A stretch of 64,000 nt of DNA from Oceanispirochaeta sp. (lineage in GTDB: Bacteria > Spirochaetota > Spirochaetia > DSM-2461). Made by a program: the position numbers and the translations under genes. Positions 10,644-19,780 of this stretch are shown piece after piece. Every line of letters begins with the position of its first letter. Position 1 is the first letter of the stretch. The DNA lies in contig CAXXOA010000001.1 of the NCBI GenBank assembly GCA_963666275.2, forward strand, positions 1,696,001 through 1,760,000, read 5' to 3'. The notes under the pieces were generated by a model, which worked only from the letters and a program-made list of their open reading frames with translations, was not told where the DNA came from and searched no databases.

Positions 10644-11019
10644 AAATCCTGCGGGCCTTTTGTTTGTTATCCTCTCTCTGATACTGATCTCCGGATGCAG
10701 TAAAACAGAACCCGATTACAGGGCGCGGGAAGCGGCAGGAGAGGTTCCGGTGATTGAAATGGGATCACCTGAAGAAACCCGGGAGGCCGAGCCTCTGGAT
10801 ATCGGGGCTCTGCTCTCAGACCTGCACAGTCAGGTTAAAACCCTTGAAGAGGGAATCAACGGGACAGATCCGGCTCTGAAGGAATCTCTGGCTCCTCTGG
10901 ATCAGTCTATTTCGGATTTAAGGAATATGCTTGAACAGTCCGGTCCCTCTGTGGACAAAGCCTGCACGGCCATCAAAGAGATTCAGGACGAAATGGAGAC
11001 AATCCGCCAGGGACTGTAA
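10636..11019 (+). CDS. Small coiled-coil lipoprotein
   Basis: ATG at 10636 overlapping the exonuclease end; signal LLFVILSLILISGC. Confidence 0.65.
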   Translation: MNRNPAGLLFVILSLILISGCSKTEPDYRAREAAGEVPVIEMGSPEETREAEPLDIGALLSDLHSQVKTLEEGINGTDPALKESLAPLDQSISDLRNMLEQSGPSVDKACTAIKEIQDEMETIRQGL

Positions 11020-11055
11020 AACAGACTCGTCTTTTCCATTGAACTTTCAGGATCA

Positions 11056-11814
11056 TTACCAGCGGTTGATAATTCTCCGCCACCGGGGATTCTCTTCCAG
11101 ACACTGGAACAGACCGGAACTTATCATATCTTCCCGGGGGATGGTGGCCCATTTTCTGATTTGTATCATCTCAAGAATATCAAGGGATTCTTCCTGATGG
11201 CCCTGAGCCGCCAGAATGGAGGCATAGGGAAAGGCGCTGACTTTAGGATCCAGTTCCCAGGCTTTCTGAAACAGGGACAGGACCTTTTCGGGATGTTCCT
11301 CTCCGATCCACCAGACATAGCCTCTGTCGATACAGGAGAGAGCCAGGGCCGTTTTATCCCGATCCTCCCGGGGTTTCTGTCTCTCCCTTTCCAGGATCAT
11401 CATAGCTTCGATCAGTATACCCGCGTGTTTGAGGCGGACCTTTTCCAGATTAGACTCGAAGGCATTGACGGCTTTGCTGTTCCGTTCATTCCGTGCAATT
11501 CCCACGGCGGATTCTCCCACATCACTGGTGGTATGGATGCGGGCTCTGTGCTCCAGGAGGCAGCAGATAGCTTCTGTATTATTGTAATAGGAGGCATGCA
11601 TAAGAGGGGTCCAGGATTCATGATCCCTTCCGTTAATATCAGCACCACCCTGTAACGCCTGCTCTATAAGAGGGACAGATCCAGTCTGGCAGCCTAGTAT
11701 CAGAAGGGTAAAAGGAGCAATCCCTTTTTTTATCATCCTGTTCACTTCGCCCTGGGGAAGATCCCGGCAGGCGCTTCGAATTTCCTGTTTTATCTCCTGG
11801 GTCAATAAATGCAC
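11056..11814 (-). CDS. Ankyrin-repeat plus TPR-like protein
   Basis: GADINGRDHESWTPLMHASYYNNTEAICCLLEHRA ankyrin consensus; LFQKAWELDP TPR-like; GGAGG before GTG. Confidence 0.8.
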   Translation of the reverse strand: MHLLTQEIKQEIRSACRDLPQGEVNRMIKKGIAPFTLLILGCQTGSVPLIEQALQGGADINGRDHESWTPLMHASYYNNTEAICCLLEHRARIHTTSDVGESAVGIARNERNSKAVNAFESNLEKVRLKHAGILIEAMMILERERQKPREDRDKTALALSCIDRGYVWWIGEEHPEKVLSLFQKAWELDPKVSAFPYASILAAQGHQEESLDILEMIQIRKWATIPREDMISSGLFQCLEENPRWRRIINRW

Positions 11815-11974
11815 TGAAACCTCCGAATCTATAGGATCATATCAGAGCAGAGAGGCAATGTCGACCTGGCATTCGGCGGTAGTCAGAGGTTTTTCCGGGA
11901 AATTCTGTACTTCTGAAATCAGCAGACACTGTGAATCTCCCCTTAAAATCATCTCCGGGGAAATCCCCGGATCC

Positions 11975-12475
11975 TCAGGATAGGGACAGGAAGTCTCTGA
12001 CCATTTTTTTCAGAGAGTCAAAGGCAAAATTCTCCAGGGAGAGTTTGTCTTTTTCGATAAAAAGGATCTCCTGGATTTCATCTTCCTGGGGGGTGAAACT
12101 GCTGCTTTCGCAGCGGGCTGTAAAAAGCATATCGCAGGTCTTGTAGGTTATCCCTTTGTAGGGATAGGTATTCCCGCAGCTGCTTCGATAGGTCAGATCT
12201 GAAATCTCAACACCGATCTCTTCCCGGATCTCCCGGCGGCAGGCGTCCTCTGCGGATTCATCTGGATCCACAAATCCGCCGGGAAGGTCCAGAAGCCCTT
12301 TTCCCGGTTCACGTCCCCGTTTCATGATCACGAAATGCTCCTTATATTCCAGAAGGACTGCCACGGCCGCGGCGGTGTTCTGGTAGAATTGGAACCCGCA
12401 GGAGGGACAGCTGACTTTACGGCCCCTAAGGAAGTCCGGACTCTCATAGGAGCAGCGGGGACAATATTGAAACAT
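11975..12475 (-). CDS. Zinc-ribbon NUDIX hydrolase
   Basis: YCPRC...CPSC zinc ribbon; LPGGFVDPDESAEDACRREIREEIG Nudix box; GGAGGA RBS before ATG 12475. Confidence 0.88.
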   Translation of the reverse strand: MFQYCPRCSYESPDFLRGRKVSCPSCGFQFYQNTAAAVAVLLEYKEHFVIMKRGREPGKGLLDLPGGFVDPDESAEDACRREIREEIGVEISDLTYRSSCGNTYPYKGITYKTCDMLFTARCESSSFTPQEDEIQEILFIEKDKLSLENFAFDSLKKMVRDFLSLS

Positions 12476-12526
12476 AAAAAAATCCTCCATCTTTTTTCTC
12501 TTCCATTTTATGCCTATACTGGAGGC

Positions 12527-13093
12527 ATGAATAGTGTATGCATTTTTTGCGGATCAAGCAAAGGTTTTGATAAAGAGTACGCCCTGAGAACACAGGAACT
12601 GGCGACAGAACTTGTAAAACGGAAAATCCGTCTTGTATACGGCGGCGGCAATGTGGGCCTTATGGGACTTCTGGCCGAAACAGTACTGAAACAGGGGGGG
12701 CAGGTTACCGGGATCATACCCGAAGCCATCCATAGTAAAGTCCCCGCTCTGGCGGGAGTGGAGACCATCGTTGTGGGAACCATGCATGAGAGAAAGCAGG
12801 CCATGCATGACAGGTCTGATGGATTCATTGCCCTCCCCGGAGGGATCGGAACCTATGAGGAACTCCTGGAGGCCTTCACCTGGGCTCAGCTGGGGTATCA
12901 TCAGAAACCGGTGGCTCTGCTCAACACAGGAAACTACTACAAATCCCTGCTGGACCTGCTGAATCACACCGTGGCGGAAGGGTTTATGAAGGAGAGCCAC
13001 AGAAACACTCTTATCGCCGAAACTGATCCAGCTGCCCTCCTGGAGCTTATGGAATGTTTTAAGCCCCTCATAGAGGATAAATGGGTGAAGTGA
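12527..13093 (+). CDS. LOG family nucleotide phosphoribohydrolase
   Basis: VCIFCGSS, LVYGGGNVGLMG, MHERK, PGGIGTYEE. Confidence 0.92.
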   Translation: MNSVCIFCGSSKGFDKEYALRTQELATELVKRKIRLVYGGGNVGLMGLLAETVLKQGGQVTGIIPEAIHSKVPALAGVETIVVGTMHERKQAMHDRSDGFIALPGGIGTYEELLEAFTWAQLGYHQKPVALLNTGNYYKSLLDLLNHTVAEGFMKESHRNTLIAETDPAALLELMECFKPLIEDKWVK

Positions 13094-14320
13094 TCAGCTG
13101 CGGCCTGTCAGGAAAGCGACCTTAAGGCCTCCGTTGGAAATGATATATTTTTTCTCCCATCTGAGACCCAGAAACTTTTCTGTCTGTGTATCCGGAACAA
13201 GGATTCCCCAGCGGCAGCCCTTATAGTCCCTGCGGATTTTCTCTCCCAGGGATGTAAAAAACTCCTTCCGGTTTTCAAGTTTCAGACGCAGACCATAGGG
13301 AGGATTCAGTATCAGAACCCGATCCTCTCCGGAAGGAGCTGACCTGGTCAGAAAGTCCTCTTCCTCTAACTCCCAGTTTTCAAGGAGTCCCTTGATATCC
13401 AGATCATACCGGGACGCACTCCATTTCTGCAGGATCAGCTCCCTGTTTGCCCGGGCGGCTTCCAGACTGCGGGGATCCCTGTCGGAGGAAACAATCCGGC
13501 AGCTGGCATGACTCTCTCTGATCTGCTGCTCCATATGCCATTCATATCGGGCGGGTTTGAAAGAGGGCCAGTCTTCGAAGGGAAAGCGTCTGTCGGGATA
13601 AACGGGAATGCGGGAGGTCATCACAAGAGCTTCCAGAGCAAAGGTGCCGCTGCCGCACATGGGGTCAATCAGAGTAGATTTTTCTGTGATCTCCATGATC
13701 TGAAGCAGGGACGCCGCCAGTGTCTCCCGGAGGGGAGCTTCGTTGATAAACTGCCTGTAACCCCTGTCATACAGAGGGCCCCCTCCCGCATCCAGGCTGA
13801 GCTGGAAACGATCATCCACACCGCGGATCAGGATGGTCTGAACAGAGGCCTCCACATGGGGGGCTGTTTCATCAATCAGTGAGGGAGACCGGCCTTCCAT
13901 CTTTTCAAATCTTTCGTTGATACTGCGTTTCAGAGATTTCCCTATATTGTCTGTCACATGCAGACGGCAGTGGCTGAGGGAGAATCTCAGTCTGTATTCA
14001 CAGCCCTCCCTCAGGTAGAGTTCCCAGGGAAAATCTTCGGTTTTATTCCTGAATTCCCGGAATCCGCCGGCCCTGAATGAGTGGAGTCTCAGATAGACCC
14101 TGGCAGGAGTCTGGGCCAGTGATACGGCTTTCCATAACTGTTCCAGAGAGCCCGGGGCTTCCAGACTTCCCGGATCATCCAGTTTTGTGACTTCCAGGTC
14201 AAACCGGGACAATTCTTTTGCTGCTGCTTCTTCCAGCCCGGGGATAACGGAAAAATAGAGAGTGTGCCGGCCGGCGAGTATGTGCTTTTTGAGGCGCCTT
14301 TCAAGGGCTTTCTGATTCAT
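13094..14320 (-). CDS. THUMP-domain RNA methyltransferase (RlmL/YpsC-like)
   Basis: APLRETLAA, DPMCGSGT, LNPPYG motifs. Confidence 0.88.
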   Translation of the reverse strand: MNQKALERRLKKHILAGRHTLYFSVIPGLEEAAAKELSRFDLEVTKLDDPGSLEAPGSLEQLWKAVSLAQTPARVYLRLHSFRAGGFREFRNKTEDFPWELYLREGCEYRLRFSLSHCRLHVTDNIGKSLKRSINERFEKMEGRSPSLIDETAPHVEASVQTILIRGVDDRFQLSLDAGGGPLYDRGYRQFINEAPLRETLAASLLQIMEITEKSTLIDPMCGSGTFALEALVMTSRIPVYPDRRFPFEDWPSFKPARYEWHMEQQIRESHASCRIVSSDRDPRSLEAARANRELILQKWSASRYDLDIKGLLENWELEEEDFLTRSAPSGEDRVLILNPPYGLRLKLENRKEFFTSLGEKIRRDYKGCRWGILVPDTQTEKFLGLRWEKKYIISNGGLKVAFLTGRS

Positions 14321-14367
14321 AGACCAGAAGGTAGCACAAACAGGGCCATTGGGGTAAGGTAGGAATC

Positions 14368-16830
14368 ATGAAAGATCGCACTCTTCCGGACAGGATAAGG
14401 GAACTTCCTGTGGCACAGCAGTTTCCCCTGATTCAGCAGCATCTTGACGGGGAGAAAAAACGTTTTGTTATCCAGGCTGATCCCGGCGCGGGAAAGTCTA
14501 CAGGGATACCCCTGTTTCTTCTTTCATCCGGTCATGTAAAAAATAAAATCCTTATGCTGGAACCCCGCAGAATGGCGGCAAGATCCCTGGCGTCCTATCT
14601 GGCTGGGCTACTGGGAGAATCTCCGGGTCAGTCCGTGGGATACAGAGTCCGGGGGGAGTCCCGGTGCAGCAGCCGTACACGCCTGGAGATCCTGACCGAA
14701 GGGGTTTTTGTCAGGATGATTCAGGAGGATCCGGAACTGGAGGGGGTGGACTGTGTCATTCTGGATGAATTTCACGAAAGGAACCTCTTCAGCGATCTCT
14801 CTTATGCCTTTCTGATAGATGTCATGGAAAATCTGCGGCCCGAACTGATCTGCTGTATCATGAGTGCCACCCCCGAACGGGAGAAGCTTGAAAAGAAATT
14901 CAGGGACGCTGTTTTTCTGAATGCCCCCGGGAGGATGTTTCCTGTGGATATACAGTACAGCAGAACAGCCGGATCTTTCCGGATTGAAGAGTCTGCTGTG
15001 GAACGTGCCGTCCGTACAGGGCTGGATCAGACCGAAGGAGACCTTCTTGTGTTTCTCCCCGGCGAGGGAGAGATCAAAAGGGTTGAAACCTATCTCCACA
15101 ACAGCCTGGATCCGCAAGCGGTCACACTATTGCCCCTGTACGGACGACTCCCTCTTTCCCGGCAGGAACTTGTGTTCAAACCCTCTGATAAAAGGAAAAT
15201 CATCCTTGCCACCTCTATTGCAGAAACAAGTCTTACCATTCCCGGTGTGACCGCAGTCATTGACAGCGGACTCGAAAGACACAGCGATTTCAACCGCCAC
15301 ACGGGACTGACAAGATTGGCCACCCGGAGGATCTCCCAGGCTTCGGCGGAACAGAGAGCCGGAAGGGCCGGTCGCGTCCGGGAGGGGCTCTGCCTCCGTC
15401 TCTGGTCCGAACAGGAACAGCCGGCTCTTGTGCCCTTCCGGGAAGCGGAGATTTTTACCTCCGATCTGTCCTCGCTGGTTCTGGAAATCCTCAGCTGGGG
15501 ATGTCAGGGGCCGGAGGATCTGGAGTGGATGGATCCTCCTCCCGGAGGCCACTACCATCAGGCTCTGAACCTTTTAAAGATGCTGCAGGCCGTGGACAGC
15601 GAGGGGAAAATCACAGCTCTGGGGCGGCGCATGTCCTCACTGGGGCTGGAACCCCGTTTGAGCCGTCTGGTTCTGACAGGACAGGACAGGGGAGAAGAGG
15701 AAACAGCCTGCTTCCTGGCGGCTCTGCTTTCAGAACGGGACTGGATGGGTCATTCCGGCTCGTCTGATCTGCTGGCCAGATTTCACAGGATAAGAAACGG
15801 AGAGGACAGACATCACCCGGTGGTGAAAAGGATTCTTTCCCTATGGAAATCTCTTCTGGGAAGAAACCCCATCGGGGAAAATCTCAATCCCCGGTCTGTA
15901 CAGGCTCTGTTATTGGCTTCCTATCCCGACAGGATGGGAGGCAGGATCAGGCCGGGAACTTTTCACCTGTCAGGAGGTGGCAATGCCTCCATACGGGATA
16001 CTGATTCTCTACAGAGTGAGGAGTTCCTTGTTGTTCTGGAAACCGGCGGCTCCGGAGTTCCTCCGGTTATATTTCTGAGCTGCCCCGTCAGATCAGAGGA
16101 GATACTCGATCAGTGCCGGGATATCCTTTCAGATGAAGAGGAGTATCACTGGAATGAAAAATCCGGGCGACTGGAATCCCGTTCCCTGGTAAAACTGGGA
16201 GAACTCCGTTTAAAGGAGAAGCCCCTTTCGGGTGGATCTGATGAGAAAGTCCTTGCCTATCTGAAAGGGTATTTTTCCAAAAGAGGACTCAGTCTGCTGG
16301 ACTGGTCCCGGGAGGATTCCATTTTCCTGAACCGATGCCGCTATATCAGGCAGTCCGGTTGGCCTGACTTTTCTGATCAGGGGCTTCTGGATTCCCTGGA
16401 TACCTGGTTTATTCCCTATCTGAACAGAGGAAAAATTACCCTGCCCCTCAAAGAGGGGCTGAAATCCCTCCTGAGCTGGGAGCAGATGACCCTGCTGGAT
16501 ACACTGGTTCCCGAAAGATTTCAGGTCCCTTCCGGCAGTCGGCTGAGGATTGATTACAGCGATCCGGAAAATCCCGCTCTGGATGTCAGGATTCAGGAGG
16601 TTTTCGGATTGGGGGAAACTCCTTTGATAGGGGGGACTGCGCCGCTTCTTATCAGGCTGCTGAACCCGGCGGGGCGCCCGATTCAGGTCACAAGAGATCT
16701 GAAAAGTTTCTGGGACAACACCTACTCTGAGGTAAGAAAAGAACTCAGAGGCAGATACCCGAAGCACTACTGGCCGGAGAACCCCTATGAAGCCGTTGCT
16801 ACAAGCCGGGTCAGGCCGAAAAAAAACTGA
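14368..16830 (+). CDS. hrpB: ATP-dependent RNA helicase HrpB
   Basis: PGAGKST, LEPRRMAA, DEFHER, ATSIAETSLTI, QRAGRAGR; C-terminal FWDNTYSEVRKELRGRYPKHYWP. Confidence 0.95.
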   Translation: MKDRTLPDRIRELPVAQQFPLIQQHLDGEKKRFVIQADPGAGKSTGIPLFLLSSGHVKNKILMLEPRRMAARSLASYLAGLLGESPGQSVGYRVRGESRCSSRTRLEILTEGVFVRMIQEDPELEGVDCVILDEFHERNLFSDLSYAFLIDVMENLRPELICCIMSATPEREKLEKKFRDAVFLNAPGRMFPVDIQYSRTAGSFRIEESAVERAVRTGLDQTEGDLLVFLPGEGEIKRVETYLHNSLDPQAVTLLPLYGRLPLSRQELVFKPSDKRKIILATSIAETSLTIPGVTAVIDSGLERHSDFNRHTGLTRLATRRISQASAEQRAGRAGRVREGLCLRLWSEQEQPALVPFREAEIFTSDLSSLVLEILSWGCQGPEDLEWMDPPPGGHYHQALNLLKMLQAVDSEGKITALGRRMSSLGLEPRLSRLVLTGQDRGEEETACFLAALLSERDWMGHSGSSDLLARFHRIRNGEDRHHPVVKRILSLWKSLLGRNPIGENLNPRSVQALLLASYPDRMGGRIRPGTFHLSGGGNASIRDTDSLQSEEFLVVLETGGSGVPPVIFLSCPVRSEEILDQCRDILSDEEEYHWNEKSGRLESRSLVKLGELRLKEKPLSGGSDEKVLAYLKGYFSKRGLSLLDWSREDSIFLNRCRYIRQSGWPDFSDQGLLDSLDTWFIPYLNRGKITLPLKEGLKSLLSWEQMTLLDTLVPERFQVPSGSRLRIDYSDPENPALDVRIQEVFGLGETPLIGGTAPLLIRLLNPAGRPIQVTRDLKSFWDNTYSEVRKELRGRYPKHYWPENPYEAVATSRVRPKKN

Positions 16831-17009
16831 TTTTTTTTTGCTCTTTTCCTTAATTTTTATTCTTTGCAGTGTAATCACTTCTTTTTGTCTTTTCCGCTCA
16901 GGGTTGGACCTCTGAGCGGAAGATGCTCCAAAGCTGTTTGACTTTTTTCTCCGGTGGACTAAATTTGAATTAGGCAATGAATTTCCACTTTAGCCAAAAG
17001 GAGGTCCTT

Positions 17010-17213
17010 ATGCTTCAGAAGCTCTATTTTGTAGAAGAAAATGAAGAAATCGTAGGTGTTTATGAGGATCACGATCTGGCCAGAGAAGAAGCGGAGTACA
17101 TGAAAGAAGATCACCCTCTGGACCACTTCCGTTTGTTCAGTCTTACCATGTTCGAGCTGGAAAACTACCCCGAAGCCTACGATTACGCCAGCGATGCCGG
17201 TATTTTGAACTGA
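17010..17213 (+). CDS. Small acidic hypothetical protein
   Basis: AAGGAGG RBS before ATG 17010; 67 aa. Confidence 0.65.
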   Translation: MLQKLYFVEENEEIVGVYEDHDLAREEAEYMKEDHPLDHFRLFSLTMFELENYPEAYDYASDAGILN

Positions 17214-17322
17214 TGTTTTATTATAATCCGCAGAAATCTCAACTCGAAAGGATAGGATTTATCCAGGGAAGCGGTATACTGTATAAAGAGGATGTATTCC
17301 ATCTTTATACGGCAGGTAGGAA

Positions 17323-18573
17323 ATGTACAGATTTTTTTATATAACCTTAATTTCAGCAGTGCTGCTGCTTTTCAGCAGTTGTGAATTTTTCTTTGGATCA
17401 GATGACAAAGATGAATATATCTATGATCAGGATGGAATCCCTGATGAATATGAAGTCGAAGGTGGATATTTCATGGGGTTTCCCGTTTATGCCTGGGGAG
17501 CTCGTCCGGAAGTCACTGACCTATTTATTCACGTGTCTACAATGAATGTAGTTGGAACATCAGCGGAAACTGATGCGGGGATGCTTCTTCAGAAGGCGGC
17601 GCTAGATAAAGTGGTTGCGGCATTTGCGAAAGAAAATATTGCTATTCATTTTGATGTAGGAACAACCGGATTATATAATGGTTATACTCCCATCGATTCA
17701 GGAGTTTATAATTTAAGCGGGGTTAATCATCAGGTTCCCTATAACAATGCCATTACTTTGCAGCAATCCCTGGTCAGTGACACCAATGATATTCCTGATT
17801 ATGTATTTGTCGATCAATATAAAACAGCATATTTTCCATCTGAAAGGAATGCTCTTTTTTATTATCTTACTTTTGGTTCATCTCAATCACCACCGGATGA
17901 AAATGGGGATGGCGTAGGTGGTTCATCCGGAATATCCTATCTGCGTGGATTGAACTTTTTAATTACATTAGGATTTTGGGATTTGCATTTCAATGACACT
18001 GCTCATAATAATTTAACAGTTAACTTCCAGGCATCAACAATTATGCACGAATTCGGACATACATTGGGACTTCTGCATGGTGGAGCAGAAAATCAGAATT
18101 ATAAGCCTAATTACTATAGTATTATGAATTACCTCTATCAATTGAATGGCCTTCCAACAATAGGAAATGTTGAAGGAGATAGATATTATTATGAATATAG
18201 TCAACTGGGTTATACTTCAATAGCCTATTTGAATAACAGCCCCATAACTGAAAATTTTGTTATGAACTATTCCCATGGCAAGTTGGCTGAATTGAATGAA
18301 ACCAAATTGGATGAAAAAGATGGTTTAGGTCATGACGATTCTACTTCGGTTAATTGGAATTTCAATAGTTCATCAACTGAATCTGGTGTTGTGTATGATA
18401 TTAATGGTTCCGGCTCTTTTTCTGTTCTCTCAGACTATGATGATTGGGATAATCTGTATTTTTATTTTGATGCTTTGTACAATAATTCCGGTAGAGTTCT
18501 GAAAGAATCAGAATGGGAAATTATTGAAGAGGAAAAACCTGACTTCTCGAAAATATTTCAGGATGTAAATTAA
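17323..18573 (+). CDS. Lipoprotein zinc metalloprotease (metzincin)
   Basis: Lipobox LLFSSC; HEFGHTLGLLH (HExxHxxGxxH) and Met-turn SIMNY; AT-rich sequence. Confidence 0.85.
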   Translation: MYRFFYITLISAVLLLFSSCEFFFGSDDKDEYIYDQDGIPDEYEVEGGYFMGFPVYAWGARPEVTDLFIHVSTMNVVGTSAETDAGMLLQKAALDKVVAAFAKENIAIHFDVGTTGLYNGYTPIDSGVYNLSGVNHQVPYNNAITLQQSLVSDTNDIPDYVFVDQYKTAYFPSERNALFYYLTFGSSQSPPDENGDGVGGSSGISYLRGLNFLITLGFWDLHFNDTAHNNLTVNFQASTIMHEFGHTLGLLHGGAENQNYKPNYYSIMNYLYQLNGLPTIGNVEGDRYYYEYSQLGYTSIAYLNNSPITENFVMNYSHGKLAELNETKLDEKDGLGHDDSTSVNWNFNSSSTESGVVYDINGSGSFSVLSDYDDWDNLYFYFDALYNNSGRVLKESEWEIIEEEKPDFSKIFQDVN

Positions 18574-19142
18574 TGAAAAATTTAATCAGCATAACGGTAT
18601 TCTTTTTTATACTGACATCATCCTGTACTTCATATGTTCCAAACAGTATTGAATTAAATGCTACTTTTCCGGAAGGTGTGGAATCAGGTAAAATTGAAAA
18701 TCTTGTGGTTAATGAAAATTATATACATTTCATTTCATCGAAAAACGGTAAAGAGATCGCCATAATAAGCCATCAAAAATTATCTGAAAATGTAGTAGAT
18801 CGTATTTCAGAATCTTCGTATTACTCCTTTTATACGAGAATAAACCCTGACGGGCCGGTTGAAGTGTTATCTCTGTCTTCAGAAGAAATCTTGAATGTAC
18901 TATTGGGCGATCAATTGAAACCGGGAAAAATTCCAGGATTATCTCTTTCATACAGATCTTTGCCGGGTGGGGATATTGCTTTATTTTCAGATATAGACGA
19001 GTGGGTTATTAAACAAGGAGTTGAAAAGGAACTCTATATTGATGGAGTAAAATATTCAGCCACTTTATTGGATATGATCAAAGGTGATCCCCAATTTGAT
19101 CAGCCTCCTTTGAGGATCGATCTGATACTGGTAAGACAGTAA
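18573..19142 (+). CDS. Hypothetical lipoprotein coupled to the metalloprotease
   Basis: TAATG stop/start overlap; lipobox ILTSSC; AT-rich. Confidence 0.75.
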   Translation: MKNLISITVFFFILTSSCTSYVPNSIELNATFPEGVESGKIENLVVNENYIHFISSKNGKEIAIISHQKLSENVVDRISESSYYSFYTRINPDGPVEVLSLSSEEILNVLLGDQLKPGKIPGLSLSYRSLPGGDIALFSDIDEWVIKQGVEKELYIDGVKYSATLLDMIKGDPQFDQPPLRIDLILVRQ

Positions 19143-19178
19143 AAAAAAGCCGCAATCCCATGGATATGCGGCTTTTTT
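19143..19178. terminator. Bidirectional intrinsic terminator
   Basis: AAAAAAGCCGCA...TGCGGCTTTTTT between convergent genes. Confidence 0.85.
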
Positions 19179-19193
19179 ATTAAACAAGTAGGT

Positions 19194-19694
19194 CTATTTT
19201 AAAGCTGCCAGAGCCGCTGCATAATCCGGCTCATCAGCAATCTCTTTTACCTGTTCGGTATAGAGAACTTTTCCGTCCTCCCCAACCACAACGACAGCCC
19301 TTGAAAGGAGTCCTGTCAGAGGACCTTCTGTGAAGACAACGCCGTAATCTTTGCCGAATGCGGGGCTTCTGAAAACAGAAGCGTTCTGTACGTCTTTCAG
19401 ACCTTCACTGGAACAGAATCTATCATGGGCAAAGGGCAGATCTGCAGAAATACACAGAACTTCTGTATTGTCCAGAGAGGATGCTTCTTTGTTGAATCGT
19501 CTTACCGAAGCCGCACAGGTCGATGTGTCCAGACTGGGAAAGATATTCAGTATGACCTTTTTTCCTTTAAAATCCGCCAGGGTCACATCGGACAGATCTG
19601 TTTTTACAAGAGTAAAGTCTTTTGCACTGTTTCCTACAGAAGGAAGTTCACCATAGGTCGCCACAGGATTGCCATGTAAAGTCAATTTAGCCAT
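19194..19694 (-). CDS. tpx: Thiol peroxidase
   Basis: [29 protein letters not shown]. Confidence 0.96.
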   Translation of the reverse strand: MAKLTLHGNPVATYGELPSVGNSAKDFTLVKTDLSDVTLADFKGKKVILNIFPSLDTSTCAASVRRFNKEASSLDNTEVLCISADLPFAHDRFCSSEGLKDVQNASVFRSPAFGKDYGVVFTEGPLTGLLSRAVVVVGEDGKVLYTEQVKEIADEPDYAAALAALK

Positions 19695-19780
19695 TATTTT
19701 AATCTCCTGATAATCACTAGTATTATGATAAGAATTATTATTCCTATCAAAATCAAATGCAAATAAAAATTGAAAATTCT

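Noticed and set aside
16892..16921. Hairpin TTCCGCTCAG/CTGAGCGGAA after hrpB
   Set aside because: No following U-tract on either strand and no second copy seen; function cannot be supported.
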